DNA from: Octopus bimaculoides
Taxonomy: Eukaryota
Direction of reading: 5' to 3'
Assembly: GCF_001194135.2 (NCBI RefSeq)
Contig: NC_068981.1
Coordinates: 47,176,217 to 47,229,710, forward strand
DNA: 53,494 nt
Part shown: positions 48,577 through 53,494 of the stretch, piece by piece
How positions within the stretch are numbered: the first letter of the stretch is position 1
How the letters are laid out: each line of letters starts with the position of its first letter
The notes under the pieces: model-generated
Told to the model about the DNA's origin: nothing
The model's input: the letters and a program-made list of their open reading frames with translations, nothing else
The model's database searches: none
Translations under genes and position numbers: made by a program

Positions 48577-51567
48577 TAGACACCATACACATCCTACGTA
48601 AAATATGTACTTTAAAGCTGAATGCCAGAAACACAATTTCAGCAATAAACACGCGGGCAGTCGCAGAAGTTCGTTATGGCACTGGGATCCTGTACTAGAC
48701 AGAATAGGAGCTAAAGGATATCGACAAGAAGTCAAGAAAACTCCTAGCGATGAGCGCCACTTTCTCCGAAAAATTCGCAATTATAACCAAAACCTGAAAA
48801 TAATTGGCAAAATCCGCTTTGCAATTAAGGACATAATATCAGCTAATGATATTGATATTACAGATCTCAGCCAACTGTACTATGCATCCGGGAAAATCTC
48901 AACGATTCTATGTGGTAAAGAGATTAGAAAACGACAACATTCCAACAAAAAGCCTACATGGCAAGAGCGTACTCAACACCAAATTCAGTGTGACATAAAT
49001 TCAAAAAGGCCCCTAAGTTTGACAAGACTATCAAACTAACACAAATCTGAAAATTAAAGAAAAAAATATATGAAAACCATATTTGGCATCGATACCATCA
49101 TAGACACCATCAAGCAAAGGGTGTGTGATAAAGTTGCCCGCATATCAACGTATGAAAAGCGCGTTAGATCCTTCAAGGACAACAGCATGTTCAAATATAA
49201 CCACAAAAATTTACGGGAGATACCAGTTACAGTAAAGTCTGACCCATCAAAAGAAGTGCAGGAATATTGGAATAGAATTTGAGCAGAAGAAAACACGCAC
49301 AAGGAAAAGACCCCTTGGTTTGATAAAATATCTACCGCCTTAGACTCCTTAGAAGAGTAAATGTGTCAGGAAATGGAGGTAAGTAAGATCTACTGTCAGG
49401 AATTAAAGCAAATGGGAGTATCCAGGAAAGGATGAAATTCCTAACTTCTGGTTTAATGCCTTCCCAGAGAGACGTTAACTGCTAACAAAATTTTACAACA
49501 ATGCACTGAAATAATCTAGTATGATTTCCTCTTGGCTAGTTAATGTGATATTCCTACTTCCAAAATATGAAGAAACAAATTACCCAAAATATTATCGACC
49601 CATTACCTGCTTAACAACAATGTATAAAATGCTCATATCCGCCTTGACTAAATATACCTATTGTATCTTAATAGAAAGGGAAACTAGTGAAGTCAGGTTC
49701 AATCGAATTAGATGTCTAAACATTAATAAAGGAACTTGAGCAGGAACAAACCTGGGAATATATGAAGGATCTGGTATCCAGCATGCAAGCATGAAAGAGA
49801 AGGTTAGGAAGGAATGTTATAGAAGAGTTCGAGCAGTTCTGAAGTCTGAGCTGAATGCATATGATAATGTGTTAGCCATAAATTCCTTAACAGTCTCACT
49901 TGTTCTTTATAGCTTCAATGTGCGTAACTGGAATGCCAGTGAAATAATAAAAAAATGATAGAAAAATCCACAAGCTACTGACTTGTAATAAGATGTACCG
50001 TCCAAAGGCAGACGTACAAAACCACCACAATCGGACTGGCCAAATATCTTGAAACAACCAAATATTGGATGCCAAGACTTGTTGAAAAACATGAAAGACC
50101 CAAAAAACTTCACTCTATTCTGAAAGAGAGCAAAAAATCGCTACTGGTCTCTTAGAGACCTACCAGATTGATCAGGTTGAAGGAAATGCGCCAACTGCTG
50201 GCTGCTGTCATTGGACTAAAATAACTGGGCTAACATCTGTGGTTATTTGAAATGGATAAATTGATGGTGAAAGAATTGAAAGAAAATCTTAAGGTGGATT
50301 ACTTCCGCAGGATGACACTGATCCTCAAGTAGAAATTAAACGGGCGGAATAAGATTGAAGCTATCAACACCTAGCTGGTTTCACTACTTATATACGGAGC
50401 AGGGGTAATCGCATGAACAGTAGATAGACTAAACAGCTGAAACGGAAAGACAAGGTAGTTGCTGACTAGATATGGGATCATCCACCCAAAAATTGACACA
50501 GACAGACTGTATGTAACAAGAAAAGAGGGAGAAGAGGGGTTATTGAATGCGAACACAGCATTAGAGCAGAAGAAAACCACATAGCATGTAAGCAAAAATG
50601 TCACAGAATCGTTATTATTGGAAGTAAGAAGGTCAGGTTTGTATAGGATGGAAGATTACAAACATTAAGCACTGTTCAAGCAAGTGAGAATGAATGAAAC
50701 TGAAAATAGTTGGATAAAGAAAAGAATGCATGGACAATTTCGTAGGGTTGTCGAAAATAAGACAGACAGAGAGAAAAGCTGACTATGGATGACTAAAATG
50801 ATTTAAAACAGAAACGGTGGCTCTACTCTGTACGGCTCAAGAGCAAGCATTACGAACGAATTACATCAAATGCAGAATGGACAACATATCAGAAAATGAC
50901 AAGTGCAGACCTTGTGGAGAAAATGGTGAAACCGTATAGCATATTACCAGCCTCTGTAAGCCACGGGCAAAGAAATACTATAAGAGACGTCATAACTATG
51001 TAGCTAGGATTGTCCATTGGACACTTTGCAACAAGTATGGACATGAGAGTTGAAAAAAGTGGTACGAACATAAACCCAAAGGCATCATTGAAAATAATGC
51101 TATGATTCTATGGCTTGATTTTATGATTCAGTGTGACCACGAAGGAGTGAATCGAAAACCAGACATAGTCTTAATTGAGAAAGAAGGCAATCTATGCTGG
51201 ATCACAGATATAGTATGCCCAGCTGACAACTTATGCGATAAGGAAGAAAGAAAAGTCAATAGATACGACAAGTCACCTTTCAGAGGTTAAGCAGCTGTGA
51301 TTGCTGAAATAGGTGGTAGTAATACCAATAATTGTCCGATCTCTGGGAACAGTGAGTAACATTTTTTGTGAATTACATAGAATAAATAGGGCCTGCAATT
51401 AGGGTGGAGCGCTTTCAGAAAACATCACTGCTTAGAACCGCTCGAATACACCGGATGGTGCTCGAAAATTAATGGGTTTTACCTTAGTTCACTGGTAGTG
51501 AACAGCTGAAACCGTAGAACATCTCCAGTGTTAGAAGATCTGCAAATACAATGAACTAATAATAATA

Positions 51568-51641
<74 letters not shown>

Positions 51642-51657
51642 TACAATAACAATAATA
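48577..51657 (+). mobile_element. R4/Dong-clade non-LTR retrotransposon mosaic (RT remnants, CCHC, restriction-like endonuclease, 3' UTR, (TAA)n tail)
   Basis: KPTWQER, IKQRVCDKVARISTYEKR..FKDNSMFKYNHK, YYRPITCLTTMYKML, YRRVRAVLKSELNA, HPKIDTDRLYVTRKEG, MHGQF, AQEQALRTNYIK, KCRPCGENGETV*HITSLC (CCHC), RKPDIVLIEK...WITDIVCP (PD-D RLE) and LLRTARIHRMVLEN* (stop ~51471), followed by a (TAA)n tail at 51557-51657. Confidence 0.9.
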
Positions 51658-51677
51658 CGTAGAGCAAATAGGGGGTG

Positions 51678-51774
51678 ACTGGTAGTGAACAGCTAACGCT
51701 GTAGTACATCTCCAGTGTTAGAAGCTTTGCAAAGACAATAATAATAATAAAATAATAATAATAATAATAATAAA

Positions 51775-51851
<77 letters not shown>

Positions 51852-51900
51852 CAATAATAATGATAATAACAATAATAATAACAACAACAACAACCCCAAT
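51678..51900 (+). mobile_element. Second, extremely 5'-truncated R4 3' end with its own (TAA)n tail
   Basis: actggtagtgaacagct...gtag.acatctccagtgttagaag...tgcaaa.acaat repeats 51491-51552, followed by (TAA)n. Confidence 0.85.
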
Positions 51901-51904
51901 AATA

Positions 51905-52108
51905 ATAGACTTTTCTACGATAGACACAGGGCCTATAATTTAAGCGGGGGATAAATAGATTACTTTGACCCAGTGTACTTTTATAGCCCCTGAAAGGATG
52001 AGATGTATCGTTGACCCCAGCGGCATTTGGAATCAGAGTGTAAGGCCGAACGAAATGCTGCTAAGCATTTCGTCCGGCCTACTAATGACTCTTCCACTTC
52101 GCTGCCCT
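51905..52108 (-). mobile_element. SINE family B copy
   Basis: gaaaggatga, gacccc.gcggcatttggaatcaga.tgtaag and gaaatgctgctaagcatttcg match the other family B copies. Confidence 0.8.
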
Positions 52109-52141
52109 AACAACAAAAATAACAACAACAAGAATAATAAT

Positions 52142-52355
52142 AATCCTTCCTACTAGAGGCACAAGGCGAGAGATTTTGAGATAGGGGCCACTTGATTAAA
52201 TTCCGCCACAATCCGCAACTGGTACTTAATTTATCGACCTCGGATGACAGGCAAAGTCAGCATAGGTGGAATTTTAACTCAGAACAGAGCGGCAAACGAA
52301 ATACCACTAAGCATTTCGCCTGGCTTGATAACGATTCTGCCAAAACACCGCTCTT
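52142..52355 (-). mobile_element. SINE family B copy, near full length
   Basis: Minus-strand A box TGGCAGAATCG and B box GAGTTAAAATTCC, body tcgataaattaagtaccagttgc, 3' end ccttgtgcctctagtaggaagg followed by (ATT)n. Confidence 0.85.
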
Positions 52356-52574
52356 ACAACAACAACAACAACAATAACAAAGGATAATAATAGACAAGAG
52401 CGTGATGCCATTGCGTTAGGTATTTTATTGGTTGAAGGATATTTCTATAGCAGCACAGATTAGAGCTAAGCTTTCAAAATAAAAGATTATAAAAATTCCA
52501 GTCTATTGGAATTCAAATCTTAAATATGAACGAGAGCGTCCAGCGTGCACACAGTGATGGAATGACATCATCAG

Positions 52575-52700
52575 TCTTTAGGGTAAGAAGTTGATTACAT
52601 CGACCTCACTGTTTCACTGCTACTTAATTTATCGACTCCGAAAGGATGAAATGCAAAGTCGACCCCGGCGTGCTGATGATTCTGCCTGCTAGCCACGCTA
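52575..52700 (-). mobile_element. SINE family B copy with internal deletion
   Basis: tacttaatttatcgactccgaaaggatgaaatgcaaagtcgaccccggcg is joined directly to tgctgatgattctgcc, so the segment between two cggcg-like repeats seen in other copies is missing. Confidence 0.75.
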
Positions 52701-53235
52701 ACAACAAGGACGATAACAACATCAACAACAACAACAACAATAATAAATTGCAATACGAAATACCTGATAATGGCTCACATGGCTAATTATCTTTACTGAT
52801 TGTAAGTGTGATATGTATATGTTTTGTCTTAATATAAAAGCTGGGTTACAGCAAATATTCGGCTTAATGCATTAGGTCGTTTCTTTCTTCCCTTTACCCG
52901 GTTGGGCACGTCGCTTTGTTGCTGATATGTGCACATCAGATCAGGAGAAGAAATAGTTGGGGAGTATCATAACAATGTGTTGAGGGGGATTGTTTTTTGC
53001 ATCAGTAATTCAGTTATGGAAACATGGACTTTTCTTCCATAATCCTTAAACACACCATATTCAGAGAACTTTTGAAAGGAATTATACTTGGGCCCCACCT
53101 GTAGTGTCATACATGGTTATCTTGTTACTTATTACAGCATTACTTATGTGCATCTTTCTCTACTGTGATTGGTGCATAGTAATGTATATCGTGAACCCAG
53201 AGTAAACAGTGAAAGCCAGCAGGAACCAATCGTAT

Positions 53236-53282
53236 TCTACCTGATGAAACGCCCACAAACGGTTGTTGGTGAAGATATTTAA
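53236..53282 (+). ncRNA. Partial hammerhead-like motif (decayed)
   Basis: CUGAUGA-aac-GCCCACAA(acgg)UUGUUGGU-GAAG. Perfect 5' core and 7/8-bp stem II, but GAAA is GAAG and no convincing stem I or III partner is seen. Confidence 0.3.
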
Positions 53283-53457
53283 CTATATAATAATGATAAT
53301 GAAAGACGATCTTTGATAGTATATGAAAGTAAACTAAACAACTTTAAGTTGATGTGCCGTGCAGAATTCAATGCTCTGTTCTGTCATTAAAGTCTGTTAT
53401 CCTCCATCCGCATGCTATATATACATACATACATACATACATATATGAGTGTGTATG

Positions 53458-53494
<37 letters not shown>

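Noticed and set aside
48605-49039. 144-aa ORF as one protein
   Set aside because: Its first third is an off-frame reading of an R4 thumb fragment fused to a separate R4 N-terminal fragment.

Overview
AT-rich animal (eukaryotic) genomic DNA with ten N-gaps and very dense microsatellites. The SINE and repeat types resemble those known from Octopus (inference). No intact protein-coding gene is visible, and almost all ORF-track entries are microsatellite, gap or antisense-TE artefacts. The window is a transposon graveyard containing Penelope-like elements (PLEs) of three types (Poseidon-like, Neptune-like, Nematis-like), several Tc1/mariner relics, a mosaic R4/Dong-type LINE in (TAA)n repeats and two tRNA-derived SINE families. 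The most unusual signal is a set of minimal hammerhead-ribozyme (HHR) motifs from at least three unrelated sequence families. One sits almost exactly at the symmetry centre of a ~650-bp foldback element with 170-bp arms (5841-6494). One is nearly intact (13048-13095). Others lie in inverted pseudo-LTRs upstream of truncated PLE ORFs. One weak candidate host exon lies at 39108-39263 (-). All protein-family calls come from motif recognition by eye; no database search was run.
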